A stretch of DNA of 64,000 nt from an uncultured Acidobacteriota bacterium (GCA_963709315.1 CAVPWC010000003.1:139969-203968), one strand, 5' to 3'; counted from the first letter of the stretch, positions 48,748 through 60,003 are shown. Made by a program: numbers and translations. Notes: a model not told the origin generated them from the sequence alone.

Positions 48748-50025
48748 ATGGAAATTGTTCTCGTGGGGTTGAATCACCGGACGGCGCCGGTCGAGGTGCG
48801 GGAACGGGTGTCCTTCACCATGGAGCAGTCGCGCAAGGCTGCGGAAGAGTTGCGCTCGCGGGGAATCCTGCAAGAAACGCTGGTGCTTTCGACGTGCAAC
48901 CGCAGCGAGATTTATGGCGTGCCGCCGGAGAGTTCGCATGAATGCGCGCCTGGATTGTCTTCCTTTCTGAGCGAATTTCATTCTGTACGTGCGGATGTGC
49001 TTGGCGTGTCGCTCTACCATCATTACGACCGCGAGGCGGTGCGGCATCTTTTCCGCGTTGCGGCGGGGCTTGATTCCATGCTGCTTGGCGAAGCAGAGAT
49101 TTTGGGACAGGTGCGCGAAGCATATCGCTATGCACACGAATATGGGGCCACCGGCCCGGTGCTGAACCGATTATTTCAAGGGGCGCTGGAAGTCGGGAAA
49201 CGCGTGCGATCGGAAACGGACTTGGGAACGCGGCCCATGTCGGTGGCATCAGCAGGAGTGAAACTGGCGGAGCGTATTTTTGGAAAAATGAACGAGCGAA
49301 GCGCGCTCGTTCTGGGTGCGGGAACGATCAGCGAACAGGTGGTTAATCAGTTGAGAGACCGCGGGATCGCGCGATTGTTTATCATGAACCGCTCTCGTGA
49401 ACGCGCCGAAGATCTGGCAGTGCGCTTTGGCGGAACAGTCGTCGGCTGGGGTGAATGGGAAACGGCATTAACAGTGCCGGATGTGGTGGTTTCTTCCGTC
49501 ACTTCGGACGAACCCGTTTTGCGACGCGAGATCCTTGAGGCGGCGATGTCTGCGCGCGGCAACCGCGCTCTTTTCCTGATGGATTTGGGATTGCCGAGAA
49601 ACATCGAAGCCAGTGCCACCGAACTTTACAACGTCTATGTGTACAACATCGATGACCTGACGGAGATCGTGGAGCAGAACCGCCATGCGCGAGAGAGCGA
49701 AGTTCCGCGAGCGGAAACGATCGTGGACGAGCATGTTGGAAAGTTTCTGTCCTGGCAAGCGAGCGTGGAATTGGTTGGATTGGTGGATGCGCTGCGCACC
49801 CGATTGCGCGAGGAAAGGGCAGCCTTTATTCAGGCGCGCATGGACACCATGAGCCACCTCGGCGCTGCGGAGCGCGAGCGCCTGGAAGCAATGATGGACG
49901 AATTGCTGGAAAAACTGTTGCTACAACCCGCGGAAAGATTGCGCGGCGAGAAAGAACTTCGCCGCAAGATTCAAAACGTGGAAGCGCTGCGCGATCTATT
50001 TCTCTCGAACCGGGAGAAGCCGTGA
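48748..50025 (+). CDS. hemA: glutamyl-tRNA reductase
   Basis: VGLNHRTAPVEVRE, STCNRSE, GLDSMLLGEAEILGQV, GAGTIS, DLGLPRNIE. Confidence 0.97.
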   Translation: MEIVLVGLNHRTAPVEVRERVSFTMEQSRKAAEELRSRGILQETLVLSTCNRSEIYGVPPESSHECAPGLSSFLSEFHSVRADVLGVSLYHHYDREAVRHLFRVAAGLDSMLLGEAEILGQVREAYRYAHEYGATGPVLNRLFQGALEVGKRVRSETDLGTRPMSVASAGVKLAERIFGKMNERSALVLGAGTISEQVVNQLRDRGIARLFIMNRSRERAEDLAVRFGGTVVGWGEWETALTVPDVVVSSVTSDEPVLRREILEAAMSARGNRALFLMDLGLPRNIEASATELYNVYVYNIDDLTEIVEQNRHARESEVPRAETIVDEHVGKFLSWQASVELVGLVDALRTRLREERAAFIQARMDTMSHLGAAERERLEAMMDELLEKLLLQPAERLRGEKELRRKIQNVEALRDLFLSNREKP

Positions 50026-50948
50026 GGCACCTGCGCATCGGCACGCGAGGCAGCTTGCTTGCGAAATGGCAGGCGGAATTTGTCCGCAAACAGCTTTTTG
50101 CCGATGCGGGAGTGGAAACCGAGATCGTCGTTATCAAAACATCGGGCGACAAGCTGCAGTTGTCGCCCTTGACACAAATCGGCGGCAAGGGAATTTTCAT
50201 CAAGGAACTGGAAGAGGCGCTGCTGGAGGAAACGATTGATCTGGCGGTGCACAGCGTGAAAGACATTCCCACGGACACACCATCGCGCTTGATGTTTCCG
50301 GCAGTGTGCCGGCGCGCAGATGTTCGAGATTGCCTGGTGGGAGCGAAGGGAGCGACGCTCGGGAGTCTGCGGCAGGGCGCGCGAGTCGGCACCGGCAGCT
50401 TGCGGAGGCAGGCTCAGTTGCGGCACATGAGGCCTGATCTCGATGTGCGCGATCTGCGCGGGAATGTGGATACACGTCTGCGAAAAGTGGAAAGTGGAGA
50501 ATATGACGCCATCATGCTGGCGAAAGCGGGACTCGACCGTTTGGGCTGGAGTGAACGGATTACGGAGACGTTCGCCCCCGAGGTTTTTTTGCCTGCGGTG
50601 GGACAGGGAGCCATCGCCGTGGAATGCCGGTTGAAGGACCTCGAGGCGGGAGAAGTTGTTGAAAGACTGGACGACGCGGAAACGCGCACGGCCATTATTG
50701 CCGAAAGGGCGTTGCTTGCGGCGTTGCATGGCGGATGTCAAGTACCGCTCGGCGCCTGGGCGCGGATTGAACGGGGCGAACTGGTGATGGAAGCGTGTGT
50801 TTGCTCCGCGGACGGTTTGCAATATATTCGGCAAAGGGCAACGTCGGCTATCGAGCAAGCGGCTGAGCTTGGCGGGCACATGGCCACGCTATTGATGGAA
50901 GCGGGAGCGCAGAGCATTCTCGAAGAAGTGAGCCGGCAGCGTGGGTAA
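50022..50948 (+). CDS. hemC: hydroxymethylbilane synthase
   Basis: GTRGSLLA..Q, GKGIFIKELE, AVHSVKD, RGNVDTRL, GGCQVP. Confidence 0.97.
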   Translation: MRHLRIGTRGSLLAKWQAEFVRKQLFADAGVETEIVVIKTSGDKLQLSPLTQIGGKGIFIKELEEALLEETIDLAVHSVKDIPTDTPSRLMFPAVCRRADVRDCLVGAKGATLGSLRQGARVGTGSLRRQAQLRHMRPDLDVRDLRGNVDTRLRKVESGEYDAIMLAKAGLDRLGWSERITETFAPEVFLPAVGQGAIAVECRLKDLEAGEVVERLDDAETRTAIIAERALLAALHGGCQVPLGAWARIERGELVMEACVCSADGLQYIRQRATSAIEQAAELGGHMATLLMEAGAQSILEEVSRQRG

Positions 50949-51762
50949 CACAATGGTTTCCCCGCTTGCCGGCAAGACCGTGGTTGTCACGCGTGCCGTG
51001 GAACAGAGTGGAAGACTGGTCGAAGAACTGACTGCGCGGCATGCGAAGGTAAAAGTTGTACCCCTCATTTCGTTCGCGCCGCCGGAAGATTACGCGGAGT
51101 TGGATGCCGCACTGACTCGACTGAGTTCCTTTGATTGGATCCTATTCACTAGCGCGAATGCGGTTCATGCGGTCGATCGGCGTAGACGGCAGCTTGCTCA
51201 TGACGTGACTCCGACGGCAACCTTGCCGCGCGCGGCCACAGTCGGACCAGCGACGGCTGATGAGGCGGAGCACGCGGGCTTTTCGGTAGACTATGTGGCG
51301 ACAAACCATCGCGGCGCGGAGCTCGCCAAGGAATTGAAAGACGAAGTGAAAGGCCGAAGCGTGTTTCTCCCGCGCAGTGATCGTGCAAACCTCGATTTAC
51401 CGGAAGCGCTTCGGCGAAGTGGCGCGCTAGTGACGGAAGTAGCCGCGTATAGAACATTGCCGCCCAGCGACGACGTTCGCGAGCAGATGAAGGAGAGCTT
51501 GAAAGAAGGAGTAGACGGCATTTTGTTCTTCAGCCCGAGCGCGGTCCATGGGTTTCTGGAATTAGTTGGCCGAGAGCGGTTGACGGCGCTACAAGGCAGG
51601 GCAGTGATGGTCGCGATTGGACCGACGACAGCGAGGGCGTTGAGCGCGGCCGGAGTGCAAAGAATCGCTTGGGCAGCGGACACGACCCCGGGAGCCGTGA
51701 TCGAGGCGCTAGAGGGACATTTGGCACGCACGCGGAAACGGGCAGAAGTGGAGCAAGAATAA
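50941..51762 (+). CDS. hemD: uroporphyrinogen-III synthase
   Basis: [38 protein letters not shown]. Confidence 0.93.
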   Translation: MGNTMVSPLAGKTVVVTRAVEQSGRLVEELTARHAKVKVVPLISFAPPEDYAELDAALTRLSSFDWILFTSANAVHAVDRRRRQLAHDVTPTATLPRAATVGPATADEAEHAGFSVDYVATNHRGAELAKELKDEVKGRSVFLPRSDRANLDLPEALRRSGALVTEVAAYRTLPPSDDVREQMKESLKEGVDGILFFSPSAVHGFLELVGRERLTALQGRAVMVAIGPTTARALSAAGVQRIAWAADTTPGAVIEALEGHLARTRKRAEVEQE

Positions 51763-51764
51763 GA

Positions 51765-52739
51765 ATGAGCTTTCCCACCCATCGTCCACGGCGATTGAGA
51801 AGGAGCGAAGCGTTTCGCGGGTTGGTCCGCGAAACGCGGCTTACGACCGCGGGATTCATCTATCCAATGTTCGTGTGCCCCGGCACAAAAGTTCGCAAGG
51901 AAATTGGCTCGATGCCAGGGGTATACCAGCAATCCGCTGACCAGATCGTCGAAGAGTGCAGAGAAGTGGAATCGCTGGGAATTCCTGGAGTGATTCTTTT
52001 TGGATTGCCTGAATCAAAGGACGCGCGGGGGACCTGCTCGACTTCGGCGGAGGGGGTCGTTCAGCGGGCGATTGAGGCCATTCGCAAGGCGAAGCTGAAG
52101 CTCTTGGTGGTTACCGACGTTTGTTTGTGCGAGTACACGGACCACGGGCATTGCGGCGTGATCGAAAATGGCGATGTTGCAAATGACGCGACGCTGCCGA
52201 TCCTCGCCGAGCAGGCGTTGTCTCATGCGCGGGCTGGCGCGGACATCATCGCGCCGTCGGATATGATGGACGGGCGCGTGGCCGCAATCCGGAAAACGCT
52301 CGACGAGCATAAGTTTCAGGACATCGCGATTCTTGCGTATGCCGCGAAATATTGTTCGGGCTTCTATGGCCCATTTCGCGAAGCAGCCGATTCAGCGCCG
52401 CAGTTCGGGGATCGCCGGAGCTATCAAATGGATCCTGCAAACGCGCGAGAGGCGCTGAAGGAAGTCGCGCTGGATCTCGAGGAAGGCGCGGATATTGTGA
52501 TGGTAAAGCCGGCGCTGCCGTATCTCGACGTGATTCGGCGTGTGCGCGATGCGTTTGACGTTCCGGTGGGGGCGTACAACGTGAGCGGGGAGTATGCCAT
52601 GGTGAAGGCGGCCGCACAGAAGGGCTGGCTGGACGAGAAACGCGTCGTGCTGGAAATTTTGACGGGTATTCAGCGAGCGGGAGCAAATATTATTTTGACG
52701 TATCATGCCAAGGATGCGGCGCGATGGCTGAAAGCGTGA
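51765..52739 (+). CDS. hemB: porphobilinogen synthase (Zn-type)
   Basis: [45 protein letters not shown]. Confidence 0.97.
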   Translation: MSFPTHRPRRLRRSEAFRGLVRETRLTTAGFIYPMFVCPGTKVRKEIGSMPGVYQQSADQIVEECREVESLGIPGVILFGLPESKDARGTCSTSAEGVVQRAIEAIRKAKLKLLVVTDVCLCEYTDHGHCGVIENGDVANDATLPILAEQALSHARAGADIIAPSDMMDGRVAAIRKTLDEHKFQDIAILAYAAKYCSGFYGPFREAADSAPQFGDRRSYQMDPANAREALKEVALDLEEGADIVMVKPALPYLDVIRRVRDAFDVPVGAYNVSGEYAMVKAAAQKGWLDEKRVVLEILTGIQRAGANIILTYHAKDAARWLKA

Positions 52740-52758
52740 CGCCGCCGGCCGAGACTCG

Positions 52759-54087
52759 ATGAGCGCAATCCCCATAAAAGTGAAGATAGAACGACGACGA
52801 TCGCGGGAGATTTTCGAGCGCGCGGAAAAGATACTGGTCGGCGGCGTGAACAGCCCGGTGCGCGCGTTTCGTTCCGTTGGTGGCGAGCCGCTCATCATCG
52901 ATCGCGGCCACGGGCAGTATCTTTACGATGCCGATGGTAACGAGTTGCTGGATTACGTGTGTTCGTGGGGCGCGATGCTGCTGGGACACGCGCACCCCGC
53001 CGTGACGCAGGCTATTGTGGAGCAAGCCCAGCGCGGCACGAGCTATGGAGCGACGACAGAGCTCGAGGTTGAACTCGCGGGAATGATTGTGCAGGCAATT
53101 CCTTCCGTCGAAAAGATTCGCTTCGTTTCCAGCGGCACGGAAGCCACGATGAGCGCCGTTCGTCTGGCTCGCGGTGTAACGAAACGGGATTTCATCGTGA
53201 AGTTTGAAGGTTGCTACCACGGGCATTCGGACAGTTTTCTTTCGCAAGCGGGATCGGGGCTGGCGACTTTAGGAATCGCGGAATGCCCGGGGGTTCCGCA
53301 AGCGCTTGCCGAGTTGACGCTGAACGCGCCCTACAATGATTTGGCGGCGGTGGAAAAACTATTTTCTCAACATAAGGATAAGATCGCGGCAGTCATCCTC
53401 GAGCCGATTGCCGCGAATATGGGGGTTGTCGAGCCGGTCCCGGGATTTCTTGCTGGGTTGCGTGAAATTACTCGGCGGAATGGAGCGCTGCTCATCGTGG
53501 ATGAAGTAATTACCGGATTTCGCATGCATTATGGTGCGGCGCAGCAGCTTGCTGGTGTGCAGGCTGATTTGACGACACTCGGGAAGGTTATTGGCGGAGG
53601 ATTGCCAGTCGCTGCGTATGGCGGGGCGACGGATATTATGAATCATGTTGCGCCGTCGGGGCCCGTGTATCAGGCCGGAACGCTGGCTGGAAACCCTCTG
53701 GCGATGCGCGCGGGGATTGCCACGCTCAAGCAACTTACGCGGCCGGGAGTCTATGAGAGAATCAACGAACAAGCTGGACGGCTGGTGGCCGGACTACGCG
53801 AAGCGGCTGCCGAAACAGGAATTGCCGGGCAAGTGAACGCGGCGGGCTCGCTGTCGACGCTCTTTTTTACGGCGGAGCCCGTGCGCAATTACAAGGATGC
53901 AAAACGGTCCGATACAAAACGGTATGCGCGGTTTTTCAGGGAGATGCTGGATCGCGGTATCTTTCTTGCACCATCACAGTTTGAAGCTGCGTTTGTCTCC
54001 GCAGCGCACACGTCCGAAGACATTACAAGGACGATCGCGGCCGCGCGAGACTCTTTGAAGGCCATTGCGGCGGGACCGACTGCTTGA
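52759..54087 (+). CDS. hemL: glutamate-1-semialdehyde 2,1-aminomutase
   Basis: GGVNSPVRAF, SGTEATMSA, FEGCYHGH, DEVITGFR, LGKVIGGG, PSQFEA. Confidence 0.97.
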   Translation: MSAIPIKVKIERRRSREIFERAEKILVGGVNSPVRAFRSVGGEPLIIDRGHGQYLYDADGNELLDYVCSWGAMLLGHAHPAVTQAIVEQAQRGTSYGATTELEVELAGMIVQAIPSVEKIRFVSSGTEATMSAVRLARGVTKRDFIVKFEGCYHGHSDSFLSQAGSGLATLGIAECPGVPQALAELTLNAPYNDLAAVEKLFSQHKDKIAAVILEPIAANMGVVEPVPGFLAGLREITRRNGALLIVDEVITGFRMHYGAAQQLAGVQADLTTLGKVIGGGLPVAAYGGATDIMNHVAPSGPVYQAGTLAGNPLAMRAGIATLKQLTRPGVYERINEQAGRLVAGLREAAAETGIAGQVNAAGSLSTLFFTAEPVRNYKDAKRSDTKRYARFFREMLDRGIFLAPSQFEAAFVSAAHTSEDITRTIAAARDSLKAIAAGPTA

Positions 54088-54109
54088 CTGCAAAAGGAGA
54101 GATCAAACC

Positions 54110-54643
54110 ATGCCGGAAGGTATCGAACTGCCAGAAGGGGAGCACGGAGACAATCCGTTTCTAGTTCCTGTCTCCGTCACCATCTCTATTCTCGCCGTAC
54201 TCGTGGCGGGAGCTACGCTGCTTAGCCATCGTGCGCACACGGAGGAACTGCTGTTGCAGGCGCAAGCGACGGATCAATGGGCGTATTATCAAGCAAAAAA
54301 TATCCGTCTACATGAGATGCAGTTCGTGACAGACATTTTCGCCACCCTTGCCCCGGTGGATAAAGACAAGGCTGCCGTCATGCACGACAAGTATGCAAAG
54401 GAAGCGGAGCGGTACGGAAACGACAAGGACGACATCAGCGAGAAAGCCAAGGATTTGGAGAAAGAACGCGATTTCGTGAGCCGACGCGCAGATCGGTTTG
54501 ATGGAGGAGAAGGCCTCCTCGAGGTCGGGCTGGTGATTTGTTCGATGACGCTGCTTACCAAGCGCCGGGGATATTGGTTTGCGGGCATGTTAATCGCGGC
54601 GGGCGGCGTGGTGTTTGCGTTGACTGCTTTCCTGGTGCGTTAG
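54110..54643 (+). CDS. DUF4337-like membrane protein
   Basis: AAGGAG SD, TISILAV, ATDQWAYYQAKNI, coiled segment, two C-terminal TM helices. Confidence 0.75.
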   Translation: MPEGIELPEGEHGDNPFLVPVSVTISILAVLVAGATLLSHRAHTEELLLQAQATDQWAYYQAKNIRLHEMQFVTDIFATLAPVDKDKAAVMHDKYAKEAERYGNDKDDISEKAKDLEKERDFVSRRADRFDGGEGLLEVGLVICSMTLLTKRRGYWFAGMLIAAGGVVFALTAFLVR

Positions 54644-54669
54644 GAGAGAAGCTTCTTAGGGTGCAACGG

Positions 54670-55263
54670 TTAGGCGCGCGCTGGTGGCTGAGAACCTCTC
54701 AACAGCGCAACTTCTTCCATTAATTTTTCGAGGCGGCCCACCACTTCTAAATGACGGACTTCCTCGGAGGCAGGTTTTTTTCCGGCGAAGGTAAGTGTGC
54801 CGCCGGGCTCAAGGATGCATTTGTCGACTTCGGCCAGAGAGTCAAACCCCTGCTTTCTGGCAGCGGCTTCGAGCTGAGTGGTGGTGATCAGCTCCTTCTT
54901 CAAACGTGCCTTGTTTACCCTCCCGGCCTCAATCAAGACATCCGATTGACCTTCCACGATCTCCTCGAGTTTGCTGTGCCCGTAGAGAAAACGAACCACG
55001 AGGTAGTTGATGGCGAGCAGGGAAGTGGCGCCGATCAAGCCGCCGGAGACACTGTTGTCATCGCCAATGATGGCATTTTGCACGGTGTTCGAGAGGGTCA
55101 GTAAGACGACGAGGTCGAAGGGGTTCAGCTGAACCAATTCGCGTTTTCCAGAGAGCCTGAGGCTCACAACCAGGAACGCGTAAACGAAGATCGGCCTGAG
55201 AATTTTCTCCAGCAAAGGGAGCCCCAGGACGAACATATCTTTCCAAATGTCATGCGTTGGCAC
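54670..55263 (-). CDS. DUF421/YetF domain membrane protein
   Basis: RLSGKRELVQLNPFDLVVLLTLSN.VQ, ILE..GTL; GGAGG SD. Confidence 0.88.
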   Translation of the reverse strand: MPTHDIWKDMFVLGLPLLEKILRPIFVYAFLVVSLRLSGKRELVQLNPFDLVVLLTLSNTVQNAIIGDDNSVSGGLIGATSLLAINYLVVRFLYGHSKLEEIVEGQSDVLIEAGRVNKARLKKELITTTQLEAAARKQGFDSLAEVDKCILEPGGTLTFAGKKPASEEVRHLEVVGRLEKLMEEVALLRGSQPPARA

Positions 55264-55598
55264 TTCGCCTCCTCACGGCCAGGTGAACTTTACGGAATCC
55301 TGCGCACCACGATTTCCGAGAAACGAAAGGGAGGTTAACACGCTCCCCGGGACGTGGAAAGGAGGCTGGATTCATCGCGCCACCGGCTTGAAATGTTTTA
55401 CCTGTACTTTCGGACAGTCATATTTTCGCAACACGGAATGTGAGGCATCGTCGCCAAATGTTGGGAATCCGCTATGATTAAATCGATTCGCTAACCTGTT
55501 GACGGCGAGGTCGTTCTAGAACGCGATCGTAAGGCGGCGGAGTTCGTCTCCACCGCAGTCCTTTGGGGTACGAAAACGTTTTCATTTGCAGCGACCCT

Positions 55599-58010
55599 AT
55601 GTCACAACGCCATTCTCTCGAACAAACTATGACGGCTAGTATCGAGCAACTCTCGATGTTGCTCGATTGCGCGCGCGAGATGCTGGTGATTCTCAGCACG
55701 GATGGAATTGTGCTTTACGCGAGCGCGGGAGCCACGAGCACGCTGGGGCTGCGTCCCGATGAGCTTGCCGGAAGGACGCTCACGGAGTTTATGCATCCAG
55801 ACGACGCGAGCGAGATGGCGGACCGCTTTCGAGCGCTCGCCCATGGACCGGCCAGCCCACGCAAAGGACGCTGTCGCCTGCGCACCAAATCTGGGGAATG
55901 GCGATGGTGCGAGGCGACCCTCAGGAATTGCTTGAACCATCCGGCCATCGATGGGCTGGTTGTGACTTTCCTCGACGTAACGGCGCTACATCGTATGGAA
56001 GCAGAGCGCCAAGTCATTTCGGAAGTGGTCCACGCGCTGAATCAAACTTCCAATCTCGATCAACTGCTTGAAGGCATCCATCAAGCGCTGAAGAAAGTCC
56101 TGTACGCCGAGAATTGTTTCGTTGCACTGCATAATCCGAAAGAGGACACGTTTTCGTTTCCTTTTTTTGTAGACCAGTTCGATATGGCGCCGCCGCCACA
56201 AAAAGTGGGCCGCAGCTGCACCGCTTTTGTGTTTCGCACCGGCGGCGGGATGCTCATTCCGCAGTCGGAGTTCGACCGTCTTGCCCAGGAAGGCGAGGTG
56301 GAACTGGTCGGTTCGCCGGCTCCGGCGTGGTTGGGCGTGCCGCTAAAGACGCCGACGGCAACGATCGGTGTTCTCGTGGTGCAGCACTATCAGAGCGAGA
56401 GCGCTTACGACATGCGCGACCTCGAATTTCTGGATTCCGTGGGAGGCCACATCGCTCTGGCGATTGAGCGGAGACGTTCCGAGGAAGCTTTGCGCAAAAG
56501 CGAATCCGTTTTCCGGCTTCTGTTTTCGCACAATCCTTTGCCAACCTGGGTGATGGACGACGAGACGCTGCAGTTTATCCAGGTGAACGATGCCGCGGTT
56601 CGGCAGTACGGTTTTAGTGCGGAAGAGTTTAGCCGCATGACGCTGTTTGACCTTCGGCCGGAAGCTGAGCGAATTTCCGGCGAAGCGCGCTCTGCTGAAA
56701 ACGGCGGCCCTGGACGCTTTCAAGGCGTCTGCAAGCACCGCAAAAAAGACGGGAAGGTGATTGAAGTCGAGATGATTTCGCATCAGCTTGATTCCGCGGG
56801 CCGCCGGGTGCGTTTGGTGGTGGCCCAGGACATCAGCGAACGACATCTGCTTGAGCAGCAGCTCCGTCAATCACAAAAAATGGAAGCCGTAGGGCGCCTG
56901 GCGGGCGGCGTGGCGCACGATTTCAACAATCTCTTGATGGTTATCAAGGGACATACCGAGCTGCTGATGAATGCATTGCCTCCCGCGGACCGAATGTGCA
57001 GAAAAATCTCTCAAATCGACCGAGCCGCGGATCGCGCGGCAGCCTTGACGAAACAGCTTCTCGCGTTCAGCCGCATGCAGGTGTTGCTGCCGCGAGTGAT
57101 GAATCTGAACGGCGTCGTCGAGGATATGGGCAAACTGCTTCCGCGGCTGATCGGCGAGGATGTCGAGCTAGGGATTCGCATCACGCCGGAGCTGGGCGCG
57201 ATTCGCGCGGACGCCAGCCAGATCGAACAGATCATTATGAATCTAGCGGTGAACGCGCGGGATGCCATGCCCAATGGCGGACGTCTACTGATCGAGACTT
57301 CGAATGCCGAGTTGGACCGCACTTACAACACGACGCATCCCATCGTGCAACCTGGGCGGTACGTGCTGCTCGCCGTTTCCGACACCGGCACAGGCATGGA
57401 CGCGGATACACAAGCGCATATTTTTGAGCCGTTCTTTACGACAAAAGAGCCCGGCAAAGGGACGGGGCTTGGCCTCGCAACCGTGTATGGCGTTGTGAAA
57501 CAGAGCGGCGGCTTCATCTGGGTCTATAGCGAACTTGGCAAAGGTACGTCTTTCAAAATTTATCTTCCACGTGTGGACCAGCCCGAGGATGCCGGGAGCG
57601 TACCGCAGACTTTCACGGAAGCGCCGCGCGGCACGGAAACAATCTTGTTGGCGGAAGATGAACAGGAAGTGCGCGAGGTGGCGCGCGAGTTTCTGGAGTC
57701 CGGCGGCTACACGGTCATCGAAGCGCACAATGGCGCCGAGGCCCTGCGACTCGCCACCGAACACAAATCTTCCGTTGATCTGTTAGTGACCGACATGGTC
57801 ATGCCAGGGATGACTGGCAGAGAGCTGGCGCAGCGATTGCAGCAGCGGCATTCGGGCGTTGGAGTGATTTACATGTCCGGCTACAGCGAGCAGACGGTTG
57901 CCGAAACATCGCAAGCCGAAGCCAATATGCGCTTGCTCACAAAGCCATTCAGCCGGGGAAGCATTCTCCGCGCTGTACGAGAAGCACTCAACGTTGCTCG
58001 AAGCGTTTAG
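55599..58010 (+). CDS. PAS-GAF-PAS hybrid sensor histidine kinase with C-terminal receiver
   Basis: H-box [35 protein letters not shown], receiver [15 protein letters not shown]. Confidence 0.93.
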   Translation: MSQRHSLEQTMTASIEQLSMLLDCAREMLVILSTDGIVLYASAGATSTLGLRPDELAGRTLTEFMHPDDASEMADRFRALAHGPASPRKGRCRLRTKSGEWRWCEATLRNCLNHPAIDGLVVTFLDVTALHRMEAERQVISEVVHALNQTSNLDQLLEGIHQALKKVLYAENCFVALHNPKEDTFSFPFFVDQFDMAPPPQKVGRSCTAFVFRTGGGMLIPQSEFDRLAQEGEVELVGSPAPAWLGVPLKTPTATIGVLVVQHYQSESAYDMRDLEFLDSVGGHIALAIERRRSEEALRKSESVFRLLFSHNPLPTWVMDDETLQFIQVNDAAVRQYGFSAEEFSRMTLFDLRPEAERISGEARSAENGGPGRFQGVCKHRKKDGKVIEVEMISHQLDSAGRRVRLVVAQDISERHLLEQQLRQSQKMEAVGRLAGGVAHDFNNLLMVIKGHTELLMNALPPADRMCRKISQIDRAADRAAALTKQLLAFSRMQVLLPRVMNLNGVVEDMGKLLPRLIGEDVELGIRITPELGAIRADASQIEQIIMNLAVNARDAMPNGGRLLIETSNAELDRTYNTTHPIVQPGRYVLLAVSDTGTGMDADTQAHIFEPFFTTKEPGKGTGLGLATVYGVVKQSGGFIWVYSELGKGTSFKIYLPRVDQPEDAGSVPQTFTEAPRGTETILLAEDEQEVREVAREFLESGGYTVIEAHNGAEALRLATEHKSSVDLLVTDMVMPGMTGRELAQRLQQRHSGVGVIYMSGYSEQTVAETSQAEANMRLLTKPFSRGSILRAVREALNVARSV

Positions 58011-58043
58011 CCTTCCCGTTGCGCTCCAACTGTCCACGAGGAA

Positions 58044-59453
58044 TCAAACAACTCTTGGATGTCGGCGATGCCAGTCCGTATGAAGCTGGAATGTTCGCGC
58101 TGCCTTAATCACGGCAAAGTCGTCCCCCGCGCGCCCCACGAACTGCACCCCCACGGGAAGGTTTTTTTCAGTGAAGCCGCAAGGCACGGATAGGGCGGGA
58201 AGTCCGCAAAGGTTTCCGATGGCGCCTAGAGGATCAGGAAATGAGAGACCGGCTTCCAGGTCAGTCTCCAGCGGAGGAGCGGGGACGGGTTGAGTGGCAG
58301 CCACAAGTACGTCAAACGAATCAAAAAGAGCTTCCATTTTTTTCTGCAATATTTCCCGGATGCTGAGCGCGCGCAAATAATCGGCGGCGGAATATTGTTC
58401 GTTGATGTATCCGGCGATTTGGCCCAGCGGGTCCGCTAATTCGCTGACTCTTCCGGAACGAATGAGTGTGCGAAAGGAAGCGGCAGACTCCGAGGAAATA
58501 ATAATGTTCCCTGCGTCTTCAAACGGGCCTTCTGGGAGCGCCGCTGCTCGCGTGCCAGCGAAGAGTTTCCGCACGACTTTCTCGGTAGCAAGTAGGGTCT
58601 TCGCCACACCCGAATCCAATTGTTTCCACGCGTTCGTGAGCCAGCCGACTTTCAATGGACGCACCTTGAGATCCAAAGACGGAGAATAGGTGAAGGCCGC
58701 CTTGTCTATGGGAAGTGTGCTGCGGTCTTGGGGATCGTGACCCGCAATCGCGGCGAAAACGCGCGCGCAGTCTTCCGCGGTGCGCGTGATGGGGCCGATT
58801 TTGTCCATTGAAGGCGCAAGTGCCATCGTGCCATAACGGCTCACGCGCCCGTAAGTGGGACGCAGGCCGCTGACACCGCAGAACGCGGAAGGACAAACGA
58901 GCGAGCCCCAGGTTTCAGTTCCGATGGAAAATGCCGCGAGCCCGGCGGCAACGATAGCCGCGGAGCCCGACGAAGAGCCGCCCGTCCAACACTTCGTGTC
59001 CCAGGGATTTTTCGCGGCACCCTGCAACGAGGCAGAAGCAAATCGGTAACCCATTCCACCGGCCAGTTCGATCATCGATGCTTTTCCGATGAGAATTGCT
59101 CCGACTCGATTCAAGTGCTCGATGACGGTCGCGTTGTACTGGAAAACTTGATCCGCATAGGGCTTTGCTCCCCATGTCGTCGGAATGCCGTTGACGGCTA
59201 ACAAGTCTTTCGCAGCATAGGGAATGCCGTGCAGAGGACCACGGTAGTGGCCGTGCTGAATTTCCTTCTCGGCGGCTTTTGCTTGTTCCAGGGCGATTTC
59301 AGGCGTCAAGCGTGCGTAAGCGTTGAAGCGCGGACCCAACTTCGTGCTGCGGTCGAGGTAGATTTGTGTCAGCTCGACTGGCGAAAGTTTCTTTGCTTCA
59401 ATGCGCTTGGCGAGTTCGCTTAACGGCAGATAGAAGATTTCTTCGGCAGGCAT
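58044..59453 (-). CDS. amidase signature family protein (GatA/AtzE-like)
   Basis: PLHGIPYAAKD, GGSSSGSA, IGTETWGS...P...CG..GLRPT.GRVSR; no signal peptide. Confidence 0.92.
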   Translation of the reverse strand: MPAEEIFYLPLSELAKRIEAKKLSPVELTQIYLDRSTKLGPRFNAYARLTPEIALEQAKAAEKEIQHGHYRGPLHGIPYAAKDLLAVNGIPTTWGAKPYADQVFQYNATVIEHLNRVGAILIGKASMIELAGGMGYRFASASLQGAAKNPWDTKCWTGGSSSGSAAIVAAGLAAFSIGTETWGSLVCPSAFCGVSGLRPTYGRVSRYGTMALAPSMDKIGPITRTAEDCARVFAAIAGHDPQDRSTLPIDKAAFTYSPSLDLKVRPLKVGWLTNAWKQLDSGVAKTLLATEKVVRKLFAGTRAAALPEGPFEDAGNIIISSESAASFRTLIRSGRVSELADPLGQIAGYINEQYSAADYLRALSIREILQKKMEALFDSFDVLVAATQPVPAPPLETDLEAGLSFPDPLGAIGNLCGLPALSVPCGFTEKNLPVGVQFVGRAGDDFAVIKAARTFQLHTDWHRRHPRVV

Positions 59454-59465
59454 CAGAGGTAGCCC

Positions 59466-59882
59466 TCACGGCTTCTTCGCGGACGTACTGGAGGCGTGAG
59501 AGATCGCAGCTGATTCGGGCTTCTTCTCTCTTTCGACCAATGGCTTCAAAAACAACGCAGGCGCGTCGCCGTTTTGAATTTCAGAGGCGCGCACGTGGTC
59601 GAGAGAAGGTTGCGCAGCGAAACATAGCCGGCGTAGTTCCGGTTTCTGTGCGTCGGAGAATCGAGAACCATAGACGGCAAGAATTGTCTGATAGCGAGCT
59701 TCTGCATCTGCCTGGCTTTCTGGCGACAACGGGGGTGTGCCCGACGGCTGTTGTGGCGCGGTCTTTTCGACGGAGGGATACATCGTCTTGGCACTTGGCG
59801 GCACCAAGGACACAGCAGAAACGATGGCGGCACGGCGCGCAAACTCACGCCGCGATATTGGTGAACTGCTCTTTCCATTCAT
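59466..59882 (-). CDS. small Tat-signal protein, possible GatC/AtzG-like amidase partner
   Basis: ISRREFARRAAIVSAVSL twin-arginine signal; helical core ending EIQNGDAPALFLKP; 12 nt upstream of the amidase. Confidence 0.7.
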   Translation of the reverse strand: MNGKSSSPISRREFARRAAIVSAVSLVPPSAKTMYPSVEKTAPQQPSGTPPLSPESQADAEARYQTILAVYGSRFSDAQKPELRRLCFAAQPSLDHVRASEIQNGDAPALFLKPLVEREKKPESAAISHASSTSAKKP

Positions 59883-60003
59883 GAAAGCCCCCAGTTCAGA
59901 GAATGGATACTCGAAGAGCAAAGAGCGAAGCTACCGAATTAGCTTTCCAGCGTCAACTTCGCGGATTGCCAAAACTAACGTAAAAGTAACTTCACTGCTG
60001 CAC

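Noticed and set aside
49971-50879. 302-aa minus-strand ORF
   Set aside because: Antisense shadow of hemC
58044-59453. Calling the amidase gatA
   Set aside because: No gatB in the window and the upstream partner has a Tat signal, which does not fit cytoplasmic tRNA transamidation
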